Assembly (NCBI RefSeq): GCF_009914755.1
Contig: NC_060927.1
Strand: one strand, 5' to 3'
Origin: the human T2T-CHM13v2.0 reference genome, Homo sapiens
Length of the DNA stretch: 64,000 nucleotides
Shown: positions 38,281 to 51,983 of the stretch, piece by piece
Layout of the letters: each line of letters begins with the position of its first letter
How positions within the stretch are numbered: the stretch's first letter is position 1
The notes under the pieces: generated by a model
Seen by the model: the letters and a program-made list of their open reading frames with translations, nothing else
Databases searched by the model: none
What the model was told of the DNA's origin: nothing
Program-made: the position numbers and the translations under genes

Positions 38281-38979
38281 CTTGGTCTCCAGTTGAATGT
38301 AAATAATCAGAAAATATTAACTACCAAAAAAGGAGGGGAAGAAGGTAGGGGAGGACGTTACCTCACCAGAACTTTTTTCTCTCAACTCTTCTGCTCAAAG
38401 AATAAAATGCAGTTATAAAAACTGTTTTCAAATTCCTTTTCTGAGTCAACACTTCCAAGTCCTGGGGTGAAGACACCAAATGACGGCTTCCAACACTGAA
38501 GCAAATTCTCTTTGCTGAGAGTTTGCTTGAGCCCTAGGAGTTAATGACCATAGGCCAAGGTGGTTATTAGTGGATAGGCAACACGTTAGTAAACTAATCA
38601 GTGTTCCTGTACAAATATTTAAAATAATTCCAAGATAATTTGAACTTCAATACTGAGCTAGCCAAACACATTTGTAATCTGAACCCAAGGTTCTAATGAG
38701 TTACTGCCTTTTGGATGTCCTTCAATGTGAGGGACATTTTTAGAAAGATTACCACTTTAGTGGAAACAAAGCCTGATATTTTAAATGTAAACATGAGACC
38801 TAGATTTTTTTTATGCAAAACAAAATGCATCTCCTTTCCCAACTCAGGTATGTGTACAAATTTAGTACATCAAAATATCTGTTGCAAGGACACAGTCATT
38901 GAATGATACCACACAAATTAAACATAAATGAAACAGCAAAAGCTTATGAAAAACACTCAAAAAGAGTTCAAGGTAGACT

Positions 38980-39230
38980 GGCAATAGCATGATGCAATGA
39001 AAAAAACACCTTGCAGGAAGGCAAAAGACAGGCGTCCAACTCCTTCAAACGAGGCACAGTGCTACTAGCTGTAGGGCCAGACAGATCTCCAGGTTGAATC
39101 GTAGGTCTATATATATTTCATTGTTGTAAGCCATGGCTAATTCACCAGCAAAATGGGGTTGATCCTAAAGCTAAATGACTAGATCAGATGCTTACTAAAT
39201 GTCTCTGTAAACTCTGAAATCCGTGATTCA
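38980..39230 (+). mobile_element. MIR/MIR3 fragments
   Basis: 'gctactagctgt', 'caaaatgggg', 'gactagatcaga...ctctgaaatccgtgattc'. Confidence 0.45.
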
Positions 39231-40149
39231 TATACCTTTAATTTTACCTTATTGAGTTGCCCCTCAGAACTTTCACTGGGGGACTAAAATTAGCTTTGCA
39301 AGTCCAACACTTTCCACAACTTCATGCTCTGTAAGTAGTAATAAGAAAAAACAAAATATTATCTGGCTTGGATAGATTTTTGGCATAATTACAGGTCTGG
39401 TGTTTGGAAAATGAGGGCCAGATGAAAATGGTGCAGAGACATGAATAACCCAAAGTGTCTGAGACTACAGTACTTACATCTCATTAACCACCAATTATCA
39501 CATTCATAATTTAACACAAAGAGGAAAACACAAACGAGCTTTTAAAAAAAAAGTCCATCCCTTTTATATAGACTTCAGTTTACACCTGGCCTCTAAAGGC
39601 ACGATTAATGCACTAGGTTGAGAAAGGGAGTAGTTAGATTAAGCAATAAAAACACTTTTGATAACATGTGAGGCTATAAAAATGGCTGGGCTAAAGCTAT
39701 TAGCCAAAGATAAATAATACCCTGCAGGAGGAAAAGAAACAGCTTTTTCTGGATCATAAGGTCTGGCATGTTTTTAAAGACCTTGCTTTCACTGAAAATG
39801 TAATATATCCATTTAAAGAGACTTTTTTTGCATTCAAAAGATTATCTCATGTTCAAGAGCTTTGTCAAAACATGGGAGGAAAAATACTCCCTAGTTATTT
39901 ATTTTATTTCGTTATTGATTTTACTATTATCACTAGGTCTTTTATTATTATTGCTTTCTAAGGATTACCACTACTACTAGCAATGCTGTTACTGCTACTG
40001 CTTCCACGTCTATCAATAACTCTGCCTAGCCTCCTAATGAGGATATAGTTTTAAGTTTAGTGTTCTTACTGCATTTCTAAATTGCAGTGAATAACATTTT
40101 ATGACTCAACCCCCTTGTGTCCCAGGCTGGCTCTCCACAGTGAGTCTGA

Positions 40150-40332
40150 TTTGCGCTACTTCAGTGTGGTCCCTGGACCAGCAGTTTCCCTAACACTTGG
40201 GAGTTTATTTTAGATGCAGATTTCTGGCTCCTTGTCAGACCTACAGAATAAGAGGCTCTAGGGTAGGGGGATAAATATGTGTTTAAAAAAGCTCACCCAA
40301 AGATTCTGATGCACAAATTTGAGAAGCTCTGC
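40150..40332. mobile_element. MER5A
   Basis: 'agtgtggtccctggaccagcag...tagatgcagatt...cagacctacagaat...gattctgatgcac...tttgagaagc'. Confidence 0.85.
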
Positions 40333-41059
40333 TCAATAGAGGAAGTGGCCCAGGTGTTAGAGAAGAAAGAGGGCTGGGAGAGAACTGAGGATGAACACCT
40401 GAGCTACCACCTGCAGGCTTTACCTTGTCTGCTACAGGGCAGGCTGCCAAAGCCAAGGAAAAGAAAGCAAAGTCTGAGGCAGATTAAGCCAAGGAGAAGA
40501 AAGTAAAGTCTGGGACAGGTTTTTAGAAAACAGAGCTCTGCCCCCAACCCCACCATCAGGATGTTACAGAGGCTCCTGCCCTCAGCTTTGGCCGACACAA
40601 GGAGAGGCACCAGTAGAACTTTTCCCCAGCCACTGTTTGATTCTTTTGCCTGCAGAATATTGAAAATTACAAGACTCCTTATGGTTCATCAATGTAGGCA
40701 TATCAGATCAAATTAGTTTCTAAATTAGTATTTCTTAATATGTGAGGTTTATGCATTTCAGGGTGTCATTGATCCCCAATCTGACCAAATCAACACCTTG
40801 AGGGGTTGCCACAAGCTCTCTAATGCATCTGTGCACTGTCAAATTTGGGAACTGCTGTTCTACTTTTTTGGTCTGATTTGACACTTAATTTGGGAAGAGG
40901 TTTCAAAATATTCACCAACCCTTCTTTCTTCCTTTTTTTTTTTTTTTTTTTGGTAACAACATATTTCCTCAATAACAAAAGTAGAAAATAAAAAACACAA
41001 AGAAGAAAATTAAAATTTCCTATCACTCATTTTGATAAAATATAAAATGTATCAATTAA

Positions 41060-41302
41060 ACACAATTAGGATATACAATGACTACATTATCATCAACTAA
41101 AAGATACTACCATTTATTTAACTAATTACCTATCATTAAACATCTAGAAGCTGTTATCCAGGTTCTCAGTTTTATAAATAATGATGGCCAAATGACCATT
41201 ATGGTCAACTCTTATAATTTTTGACCCAGAAATGTCAACTCCGCCTTTTTATGAAGTATTTGATACGCACTGCCAAATTATCTCCAGAAAGACAGTACCA
41301 GG
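41060..41302 (-). mobile_element. L1ME (outer element), left part
   Basis: 'tttgatacgcactgccaaattatctccagaaagacagtacca'; the consensus continues at 43345. Confidence 0.55.
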
Positions 41303-43344
41303 TTAGAACCACACCATGCTGTAAATTGATAAAGCCATGTTGGAGACAACTTGACAATATAGATAGAACAATTGATCACCTAGAGTGACCTTATTTAAAG
41401 AAATATTTAAAATAGTAAAAATTTGGAAACAATCTAAATATTCGTTAATCCAGGAATTCATATATTTGTCACACAGCAATAAATTCATACATTTGTCACA
41501 CAGCAAGAAAAATATATGAGCTAGATCTATACATAACAACATAGATCTCTGAAAAACAGAATGTCATAACATTGAGTGAAAAAATCTTGGTAAAAGCATA
41601 CATACAGAATGGAATCATTTATGTAAAATTTTTTCAAAACAAAATAAAAATATACTGTTGTGGATCTTTACATACATAGGGGAAGTACAAAATCACGTAC
41701 AGAAAGAATACTCTTACTTCAACATAACGGTTAATCTCTGCAAAAGGAGACTAGGGAAGAGATGTAGGAGTTTTAGCTGGATCCATAATATTAATTTTAT
41801 TAACAAACAATTTTGGAGCAAATAAGATAAAACGTTAACATTTCTCAAATCTAGGACACAGTTCTCAATGTATCCGAGAAATTCTGGGGGACTCCAAGCC
41901 TCTTGTAGGATATCTGTGAGGCCAAAATTATTTTCATAATACTACTAAGGCATTACTTTTTCACGTGTTGACATTTGCACTGTTGGTAAAAGCAGTAAGG
42001 AGTAAATCTGTGGCACGAATCAAGGTAGCGGCAGCACCTGAACACGTAGTCATTATATGTCTCGCACCATACAATTGCAGAAAAACAAAATAAGCCAGTT
42101 CCACTTAAAAATGTCCTTGATTAAACAGTAAAAATTATTTTAATTAAATCTCAACCATTAAGCACAAAATTTTCCAAGTGACGAAAGGGCAAGTATACAT
42201 ATGGCACTGCTGTTGCAGATAGAAGTTTGAGGGTTGTCTTGAGGAAAAGCACTTGTGTGACTGATTAACTGTAAGCTGAACTACCTGCTTTCTTCATATA
42301 ACATAATTTAGTTTTTCTTGAAAGAGTCACTGAGAAACAAACTTTGATTTTCAGACTTGGGTGTTTCACTTTTTCTCAAAAGTGAATAAAGAGTCTGTCA
42401 CTTCAACAAAAACAACTGAAAGTATTTGTCGCCAATGATAAAATTCAAGCTTTCAAATGAAAATTAGAATTTTGGAAAATTCATATATACCATCGTGGGC
42501 TTGATAGATTCCCATAGTTAAAGACTTTACTCAGATCTGTGGAGATGTAATAAATAGAATCCTGAATATTGTACTATATAATGAAATGTGTCTACATCTG
42601 GAAGATCTGCATAACTCAGTGAACCAATATTTTTAAATCAATGCATGGTATTACAAAATCATGCATGAGTAAAAGATCCATTGAAAGTGCAAGATAAACA
42701 AATGGATTTTAATGTAACAGGGTACAAAAAGTTCAGTGATAGGGTTTCAAACTCCATATTGCAACTGTCCTTGAAGAATCTACAACTTGTTGAGTTTTGG
42801 TGTAGTATCAAAGCAGAATTTTCACACTTATCATAAAAGGCTAATAAAATACTCTTCCTTTTTACAATGCCATAACTGTTTGCGGATTAATTTTCTTCAC
42901 ATACTTCAACAAAAAAGCATACCACAATAGAATGAAAGCAAAATGAGAATAGATATGAGAATTCAGTTGACTTCTATTAGGCCAGACATGCAAAATTGTA
43001 AACAATGCTGCTCTTCTCAATCATTTTTTGTTTTTGTTATTTTTCCTTTGCAAAAATTTAACTATTGTCATGAAAAATGTTATTTATGGCAACATATAAA
43101 GAATTTATTATTACTACTTTAAATGAATTAACAAATATTTTAAATGTTTCTCTTGTAATTTCTAATGTGGTAAAGAAACATTAGAAACATTAATAAACAC
43201 AATTTCTTTGGAGTTCTCAACAATTTTTAAGAATAAGATCAAATAATTTGAGGACTGCCAATCCAGGGCTAGACAGATCTCCTTATATTATTTTCTAATT
43301 AATTAATTTCTTATTTATGTATATAACTAAAATAAAAGTAAAAA
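41303..43344 (+). mobile_element. L1ME 3' end, split by Charlie1a
   Basis: 'tagtaaaaatttggaaacaatctaaatattc', 'cataacattgagtgaaaaaa', then 'gttaacatttctcaaatctagg' resuming after Charlie1a as 'atccaggg...ttatattattttct'. Confidence 0.65.
41856..43259 (+). mobile_element. Charlie1a (hAT-Charlie) DNA transposon, about 1.4 kb, with decayed transposase remnants
   Basis: 'aaaattattttcataatactactaagg', 'gtgttgacatttgcactg', 'gccaatgataaaattcaagctttcaa', 'ggaagatctgcataactcagtgaaccaatattt'; TSD-like aatctagg / aatccagg. Confidence 0.9.
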
Positions 43345-43555
43345 AGCCTACCAGCAGCATATGAGGCTATGCATTAGTCTATAACCTTACCAAACCTAAG
43401 AATGATCATTAAAGAAAAAACAAGCAGACCTTGTGAATCCAAGAGTAACCAAATGTTTTATCATGATTTTAATTTGCCTCTTTCACTGTGTGAGTTTGAA
43501 CAATTTTATATGTTTACTGGTGACTTTAGTTTCTGTTTTCGTGGGTTGTTTTCTT

Positions 43556-43670
43556 TTATTTATTCACTTGTTCATTCAGCATATATTTGTTGAGCATCCT
43601 GTTTCTCAACAAGCCTCATGTTGAGCATGCTTGCTTTTAAGTGTATCTGGAATATAGGCAGCAAACATGT
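43556..43670 (-). mobile_element. L2 tail fragment
   Basis: 'ttattcacttgttcattcagcatatatttgttgagcatcctg'. Confidence 0.6.
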
Positions 43671-43683
43671 CACAGGTCTATTG

Positions 43684-43906
43684 CAGGCGTTGGCACGCTA
43701 TATTCTGTGGGCCAAATTTGGACCACTTCCTATTTTCACAAATAAAGTTTTACTGTAACACAGTCATGACTGTTTGTTTACAGACTGTCTATGGCCGCTT
43801 TTGAATTACAAGGACAGAGTTTAGTAGTAGCAAAATAGACTGTGGCACCTGCAAAATCAAAAGTATTAACTATTTGCCCTTTACAGAAAAAGTTTGTGGG
43901 CCTTTG
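43684..43906 (+). mobile_element. MER58A (hAT-Charlie)
   Basis: 'aaataaagttttactgtaacacag...gtctatggccgctttt...ctatttgccctttacagaaaaagtttg'; perfect 8-bp TSD gtctattg at 43676-43683 and 43907-43914. Confidence 0.93.
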
Positions 43907-46900
43907 GTCTATTGGATTCATAGGAATCCAGTGTCTTTACTACATATTTGTAATACTACTTTATATATTTAAAAATTATGTCTTGTAGATGTTTTCCCAT
44001 TGCATTTGTAGCCATTTAATTTTGTTTACAGTTTTTTTCATTGTATACAGCTTTGTATATTATGTAGCAACTTGATCAAGTCTTTTCTTTTGATATAATT
44101 ATTCTTAACCTTTTTGGAACATTGATTACTTTAATAATTCATTGACTATTTTGCTTTTTTTTCTTCCACATGAATTTTTAAAGTATTTTGTCACATTACT
44201 GAACGAATCACCCAGTAATTTTTATTTCAGTTGCATTAAATTGTTGGATTACTTTGGGGAGATTTATATTTCTAAAATATTGATTCTTTCTGTCAATTAG
44301 TATAGAATATTTTCTTATTAAATGTCATCTTCCAAATTATTTTATATATATTTTAAAGTGGTCTTATAAATTTCTTTTTATATTTAGTCCTAGTTATTTT
44401 CTATTTTAGAGTTGCTAATGTGATATGTGTTTTTTGTTTATTTTCTAATTGATTATGACTAACAAGTACACTTTGATTTTTAAGTAGATACTATATTAAA
44501 TGCTTGACAGTTTTAATAGCTTTTTTCAGTTGATTCTTTTAAATTTTCAGTACAGACAAATGGAGATTTGTTTCACTTCCCTAATCACATGACCTTTTTT
44601 CCTTGTCATTATATTTGCTAGACTTTTGAGAAAAATTATCATTAATTTATATTCCTTCTTATTTCTCATTTTGAAATATATAGAGAATTTTATAATTAAG
44701 TGGATATTTAATCTTTTAAAAAAGAATCTTTTAAAAATAATTAACCTTCTATGTTTGTTACATTAAGAGTTTTTATCAGCAATTATATTAAATCAAGTAC
44801 TTTGGTCACCTATAAAAATGATAGAAATTTTCTCATTTAACCTATTGATAGCATCTATTGTAACAGCAGATTTCTCTAGTAGTAAAAATTTCTTGCATTT
44901 TTAAGAATCCGCTCTTGTGGTCATGGTTTGTTATTGTTTATAATGTCTGCAAGACTAAATTTGCCAGAATTTTACTTGGAATTTTTTTAACTTGTGAGTT
45001 TGATTTATAAGGGTTTGGTATCATCTTTGTTAGGTTTGCTTGTACTCTTAAAAAAAAAAGAAATTGAGATAGTCACATGTTTTTCTATCCCTAGAATAGT
45101 TTAGAGCTGTTAAGATGATATACTTAGGCAAATTATAAATAACAAAGTGAGATACATAAAATAAGATTAAAAATGAGATTTGGTATAAATGTACTCCACT
45201 AAATAATAGAGAGAGACATCACAATCATGCAGTTGAAAACAGCAACAAAACAATTGGAATCAGATTTAGATTTTAATTTCTTGGTAAGTGGGGCAACAGT
45301 GAAGTGCCATCCAACCATCTACATAACAGGTGAATATGTAAAAGAATAAGGTTCTCCTGCAATTGAGCTAATTAAGTTAACACTTCTAGGTCTATGGGAA
45401 TAGCCACTGGACCAAGACCAATTATGGAGCTTAATCCATGATATTAGCACATCCAAAGAAAGAAAAGGTCAACTTCTGGGGCATGGCCACTTTAGATAAA
45501 CTGAACTGAGAAAACAAACTTTGGCAGTGGGTATTGGGCACTGTCCACAAGAAGAAAACACAGAGCTCAAGAGCTAGAAGCATCCAGTTATGAAAAACGT
45601 GTCCTCTAGCGATGGCATAGGCATTTCTCCAGGCCCCACCATGCCCTGGAGAAATGTCCCTCAGGAATACGACCCTTTGCTGATTCCATGTACGTGTCAA
45701 CTTTCTGTTTATGAATTCCGCAATTGCTGCTGATCCTGGGAAAGGTTGTGGGAGGTGCCTAGATCCACAGATTGCAAACATTTTTTTTTTCCGGTAAGAA
45801 ATATCACCCATATATTTTCATGCGCGATTCATTCCCAAACATATTTTCAGGGGATGTGTATATAATACCAGACCTACCAGCTGACACTGCACTTCTTTAT
45901 GATTTGCAATTCTAGTGAGTTAGTGTGACATTTTTAAAAGGATAATTTCAAATCCATTTTAATTTGTAAAAGAATGAAATAATTAGCTGATTTCAGTACT
46001 TTGAACATTAGAAACAAATTGCATACAAGAGACCTTGCTGCTCATGGCAACCTATTCATATGAATCTAGACCCTCTTACTGGGTCATTGAGAACTGTTGC
46101 GTTGGATAATCTCAAAGGCATTTTCATTCTATGAACTGATGTGCCATTTTGTCTCTTTGTAACTTCCTAGCATGGTATAGGAGGATTTCTTAGAGGAGTT
46201 ATCATTTGGCCACCATTTACTTTTCTCTTTACTCTTGTCTATTAGCCAAGGTACCAAAGGATACAGAAATAATTGTAATTCTCATCTTTGGTGAAATTTG
46301 CTAGTGACGATCAACTGCTCTATCTTGAGCACTCATGAGGGAATTCATGGATAAAATATATCGAAAATATTTGACTCATAAACAAGTTATTCGTATGAAT
46401 GAGGTCCATCTTTAAAGTTATGCCTTTTCATATGATTAAAAAGTATGCCATCTTTTAAAAAGTACAGCTAGAAATAAATATTAAAAGGAGAAAATGAATA
46501 CAATAAACATTCTGTCAGATTGAACAACTGAATTTGCTAATACTATTTTTTGATGAATGATAGACATATTTTGATCTATAGGGCAGAAACCATCAAATAC
46601 CAGCAGTTTTATCTAACATGTCTCAACCATTAAAGGTTTGTCAGCTTATTTTCTCTTAGAAGTGAATAGAAATATATCCATCAATTTACCAATGACAAGA
46701 AAATCAGACTGAAACAAATTGGTCTTATTTTTCACTCAATTATTCAGACATAACACTCTGAGAAGGGAGTAACATTTGTTTCATGATTTGCTGTCATTTG
46801 GCTTCTCTTCCTGCATCAGAATGAATGAAACAATATTGTACCATTCTGCTGTTGTGATCACACCAAATTTCGACATATGTTTAGTATTTGGCTCTAAGTG

Positions 46901-47844
46901 CCACTATGTCACCAGGTTCACACTTGGATCCATACTTGAGTGCAAGTGTGAGCACGTGCATGAGCATGTGTGTGAGCTGGTATGCAATCATATTTGGACA
47001 TTTGTTTCCTGCTAACAGAAACCCAAGCATATGTTTGAGACCAAAGCTTTCCTTTTTGACAGATTTTCTGTGATTAGATGCATTAAGAAATACAATCAGC
47101 ATTAAAAATTAAAGGAGGTGTGTATTTGTAAACATCAACTGTGATTATGGCAAAGACCTTTACATCAACTAAAATGTGTCTGCTGGAGTCACAATCCAAC
47201 CAACAAGACACATTTTCATTTACTTTATAACACAGTTCAAATCATTACAGAAGAAAAAAAATCCTTTCCATAAAAAAATAAAAATGGTGAAATAACACAG
47301 GGCTTATTTGAACATTAAACTATACTCTATAAAAATGTCAGCCTAACTGGATTACTTCCATCAATGCTGCAAAAATGGAATCAGCAAATGAGATTTTGAT
47401 GGTGGCAGTTGAAAAAAATTTTTTTGGTATTTCATTCTTATGGTTTATGAGGTTACTAAAACCCTCAATGTAATTACAGTTTGACACTTTCTATCATTTT
47501 TTATTTATAGTCTTCTAAAGGAAGTGGTGGAAATTCCATTCTTCAAAACATCAGTGAACATGTTTTAGGTACCCGAAATGTCATAGGGAGTGAAATACGA
47601 TGACTCAAAACATGAACCAATCCCTGACTACAGATTTAAACGCATGAAAACTAAAGATAAAGGCCCCACTGTAAGTTAAATTTGCACAGACAGGCTCCAC
47701 TCTATAGGAGTCTTGGTTTGGTTGATATGAAAGATATTTGGGTATCATTTTTATTTGTTTTAAATCAAGTATGATGAACAAATAAAATTATGTTATTATT
47801 GGAAATAAAAAATAATGCAAACCCTTTGTGATAATGACTTCTGG

Positions 47845-48115
47845 GAGGCAATATAGCATAGCAGTTAAGAATATGGGCTCTGGATTCATACAGAACTAAG
47901 TCACATTCTGGCTCTGTCATGTGTTAGTATCAGCTGTATTATCCTGGGCCTCTGACTAACTTCTACCCCTCAGTTTCCTTAGCTGTACAAGGAGAATTAC
48001 AGTAGCTAGTGTATGCCATATGGCCACTGTAAAATTAAATGAATTAAATGAACTAATCCATGAAAGTGCTTAGCACAGTGCCTGACACACAGAAACACTT
48101 GAAAAATATTAGGAT
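47845..48115 (+). mobile_element. MIR SINE, full length
   Basis: 'gcaatatagcatagcagttaagaatatgggctctgg...cctcagtttcct...aaagtgcttagcacagtgcctgacacac'. Confidence 0.9.
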
Positions 48116-50072
48116 TTTTAAAAAGAGGAGAACATCATGCATTTTGAAACAAGAGATTCTGAACACAATACTAACAAACAAGCAGTTGGGAAAATGTGGT
48201 ACCCATGCAGCTACAACTGTAGAAAATAATGTAAAAAATACCCCTGAAAGCCAGGATTCCATATGTTCCTGAACTCACTGGGTAAGAAACAGTCCATGGA
48301 AATATCTGTAGACATTCCTGCATTCAAGGCTCAATCTGTCTGGTTTACCTATTGCTATTCATTCAGATTATTTCAATGTGTTAAGCAGACCTTTGATGAG
48401 GTGAGGTAAATGCCAATTTCTAAAAGCTATTTTCTCCATAGGCTATGAAAGTTGATTGCATTTTGATGAATACATTTTGAATAGAAGAGCCTGAAACTGA
48501 ATATCTATTCATTACCAGAATATACTACCAACACTGCTGGTAAAATTCCTATGCCTTTCTTGATAAGCCAGAAGAAAAATTTAGAAAGCAGTGAGAAAGG
48601 AAAATCATTAGAAAAATAATATTAACCTCCAGAAGCTCCCTACTGGGAAAATGTGGCTTGGGATTGGATGAGTATGATCAAAATTCAAAGACCAGGGGTA
48701 AATAGAAAGAAGCAAATGTGTCTTCATTCTGAAATTGAGACTATAAACCAAATTGGCCTAGTTTCATGGGTCTCCATTGAATTCCATGCAGTAGGTCAGC
48801 AGCAAAAATGCAAATATTCCAAAAGCAGAATTGAGTACAATCTTTGGAATAAAAAATAGATGCAGAGAGCCGTATTTCCAAGGTGGCTACATTTTGTATA
48901 ACACATACATTAATATTAGGAAAATTTGTCCCAGGGATCCCTGTAAATACCCCTTTGACAATAAAAAACAAATTTTAAATGCAAGTAAAATTCAATCTCC
49001 ATTTCAACACTTATACAAGTCTTCCCATTTCAATGAAGAAAATTACCTGATGAGCCATTATATTTACATAATGGCAGGCAAATTTATGCTCATTTGACCC
49101 ATTCCTTTAAGTGAACTATTAGGAAATAATTTCATGAGTGGACAAAATGTACTTACTTCAAATGCATGGTTAATACTGCAAATTCAAAAGCAAAGTAAAA
49201 GTTATTTAAATACCTTCTAAAACTGCAGCTATCCTATTTGTTAATTCACAACAAAATTTTTAACAAAAAAGTCTTTGCCTGAATGATCTATGTTGGCTAT
49301 AAAGGGAGCTCTGATTTAGAGAGTACTCTTCATTATGTGTTTCTGCAGTGAATTGGTGTAGGAATATAATGCGGATGGTTCATCATCATCAAAGAGATAT
49401 GACCTTTACTTGTCCAGGCTAAATGGTCCTGGGAGTGCTGAGTCGGCAACATTCTCTGTTCTCCTCTTTCTTTTGACCATTGGCTGAGTGTGGTGGCTGG
49501 GGTTAGCAGTGCAGTCTGCTGCTGTGAAGCTGGCTTTTTCTTCTGTGAAGCTAATTGAAACTGCAACATTGGCCTCATTATCATCTTGTAAAACCCCTCT
49601 GAGCTAACTGGCTCAGACAGCCATGGTTATATGCTAAAGTCAAAGGCAAGATGATTCATAGAATGACGGTCTTAAAATTTGGGCCATTTTCTCAATATCA
49701 AAAAATATTAGATTAAAATTCAGGGCATAATTCATTTGCATGTACCAATATGGTTATCAAATCGACAACTTTTCAAATTTACCATCAACATAGGTTAAGT
49801 AGGGACAGGTGAGCCAAAAGAGATCTCTGAGATGTTTTACTTTGAGCAATCATAATGTCACTGTTCTTACTATGGTCATATTTAAATCACATGGCAAAGC
49901 AGAATGCCCTGGGGTTAATTTTTGTGAGCCCAATGATAGTGGACCATTGTGCAATTAATTGGAAGGCTCGAGATCTACCCTGATTGTATTACTAATATTA
50001 TAAATAATAATAATAAATGAATAAAAGTTAAATTTATTACGCTACATGCTGCCTGACTACTTTTATCTGAAT

Positions 50073-50293
50073 CAATAACTCTCAGTGGGGACAGTTTTGT
50101 CCCACAAGAGACATTTGGCAATATCTGGGAACATTTTTTGGTTGTCACACTAGGGGTGGGGATGGGGATGGAGAAAGAGGATGGTGCTACTGGAAACTAG
50201 TGGGGGATGTTACTAAGCATCCTACAATGTGTAGGATACAACAGAGAATTATTTAACCCCATATATCAACAGTGCCAAGGTTGAGAAACCCTG
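50073..50293 (+). mobile_element. MER20 (hAT-Charlie)
   Basis: 'gacatttggcaatatctgg...ggttgtcaca...gtgctactgg...cagtgccaaggttgagaaaccctg'; TSD atct(g/a)aat at 50065-50072 and 50294-50301. Confidence 0.92.
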
Positions 50294-50529
50294 ATCTAAA
50301 TAACCAAATCAGAATGCAGGGATCTGATCAGCTGAGTAGCATCGGGTCATTACTGTGGCTGAGGGAGAAAGAAATCAGCACCCTGAAAGAGTTTGTGTCA
50401 AATCAAGTTTTCAGGACGTTTCTAAATACAGTATATTATTTAGCAATGAATTTGGAGATAGGATAGGTGCAGGAGAGGGAAAGATATAAACATGACATGT
50501 ATAGAGTACTCCATTATGAGTTATTAAAA

Positions 50530-51745
50530 AATATTAGTGCTAATTTATAGCAATAAAGGCTGATATTAATTATTGGCAAGATAATCCATATGCTAGCTAA
50601 TTTGCTTTTATAACATGGATGACAGCATTTTATTTAAACAAAAGTCTTATCTGATTTAGAGACAAATGAGAACTTCATGACCTGATTTGCTTATATATTA
50701 AAACATAGCTTAAAATTTCAATAATTTTAGTCTCTCATATTGGCCAAAAATAGATAGATGTGATAAAATACATGTCTTCCAAATAAACCCCAGTTTATAT
50801 GAGAAGCTTTAAAAAATTATAAAGAAGTCATCACAAATCAACAGTAAAGAGATGGATTACTCAATAATAATGATTTTGAGATAACTGTTTAGGAGCTTGG
50901 GAAAAGTTTGGAAAAAGTTATCTCACTTCTCTTCATGTATCAAAATAAAAGTACAGATGGATTAAAGAGTTACCAAACAAAGCTAGGAGAAAATTAAATG
51001 CACTGGCTCTCCAAATATAGGAAGATTTTCTCATATTCTCCTACTGTGTCAAGTGGGAGAAATACAAAGGAAAACCTCAGTAAAGCATCCCAACATAAAT
51101 GAAAAGGGATATTTACATTTGTCCAAACTCCAAATTATCAAATTATCACAAATTATCAAATTCAAGAGCAAACCACCAACTCAGAAAAACATTTACGGCA
51201 CAAATTTAAAAGTCACTATTTTTACAATTTAAAGTTCATACAAGATTATTAAGATATTTTTAAAAAGCATTAGCCAATAGATAATTGGTCAGAGGACACA
51301 GAAAATTTTAAAAATGAATAATATTCCATTTAAAATATGTGAGAAAAAAATCTAATTGTATTAATGCTCTAGGAAATACAAATTTAAATAATATACCATT
51401 TTCCACTTATCAATTTACCAAAAAAAACTTTAAATACAAAGGAGCAGTTAAAGAGGCTTTCTTACATTATAGGTGGATTGTAAGTTGGTACAACCCTCTG
51501 GCCCACTGAACTCACTTCTAAAAATTAAGGAGGAAACAATCTCAAAATATGGAAGAACAGCTTTATACACAAAAATGTTTACTGCAATATTATTTTAAAT
51601 AGTCAATTTCTTATGTTCAACAATAGTTGAAGTGATCATTGTGATGCATCCAGCAAATGTTAAGGACCATTTGAAAAGATATTTGCAAAGAATTTTAATA
51701 AAATGAAAACATTCTTGTGTTACAATATGAGGTTAAAAAGTTGCT
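50530..51745 (+). mobile_element. Decayed L1ME ORF2 3' region
   Basis: 'gatggattactcaataa', 'cagatggattaaagag', 'ataggtggattgtaagttggtacaaccctctgg'. Confidence 0.6.
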
Positions 51746-51754
51746 CAGGATAGG

Positions 51755-51845
51755 TGTAGTGGGCTGAAGGGTGGTCTCCCCAAAAATATGTCCACATTCT
51801 AATCCTCTTCAAAGAATTCTATATGGTAAATTCTTTGGGGATTAA
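51755..51845 (+). mobile_element. MLT1B/C LTR 5' fragment
   Basis: 'tgtagtgggctgaagggtggtctccccaaaaatatgtccacattctaatcc'. Confidence 0.7.
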
Positions 51846-51983
51846 AAAAAGGGAGAATATGTTTATATTTAAGTATTGGCAGCAGCATTTGCCACATATA
51901 TTTAGAAAAATAAAGAAATCCAAATGCCACTCAATAACAGTCTTAATATTCACAATTGAAATTAAAAACATTGACCTATTAAC

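Larger units (their letters stand above)
43345..45110 (-). mobile_element. L1ME (outer element), right part, interrupted by L2 and MER58A
   Basis: 'cctaccagcagcatatgag', 'gttttatcatgattttaatttgc', 'ttcttccacatgaatttt', 'tttgccagaattttacttggaatttt'. Confidence 0.65.

Noticed and set aside
41856-43259. Domesticated or active hAT transposase
   Set aside because: Charlie1a is an internally deleted element and shows no ORF of 60 aa or more in the track here.
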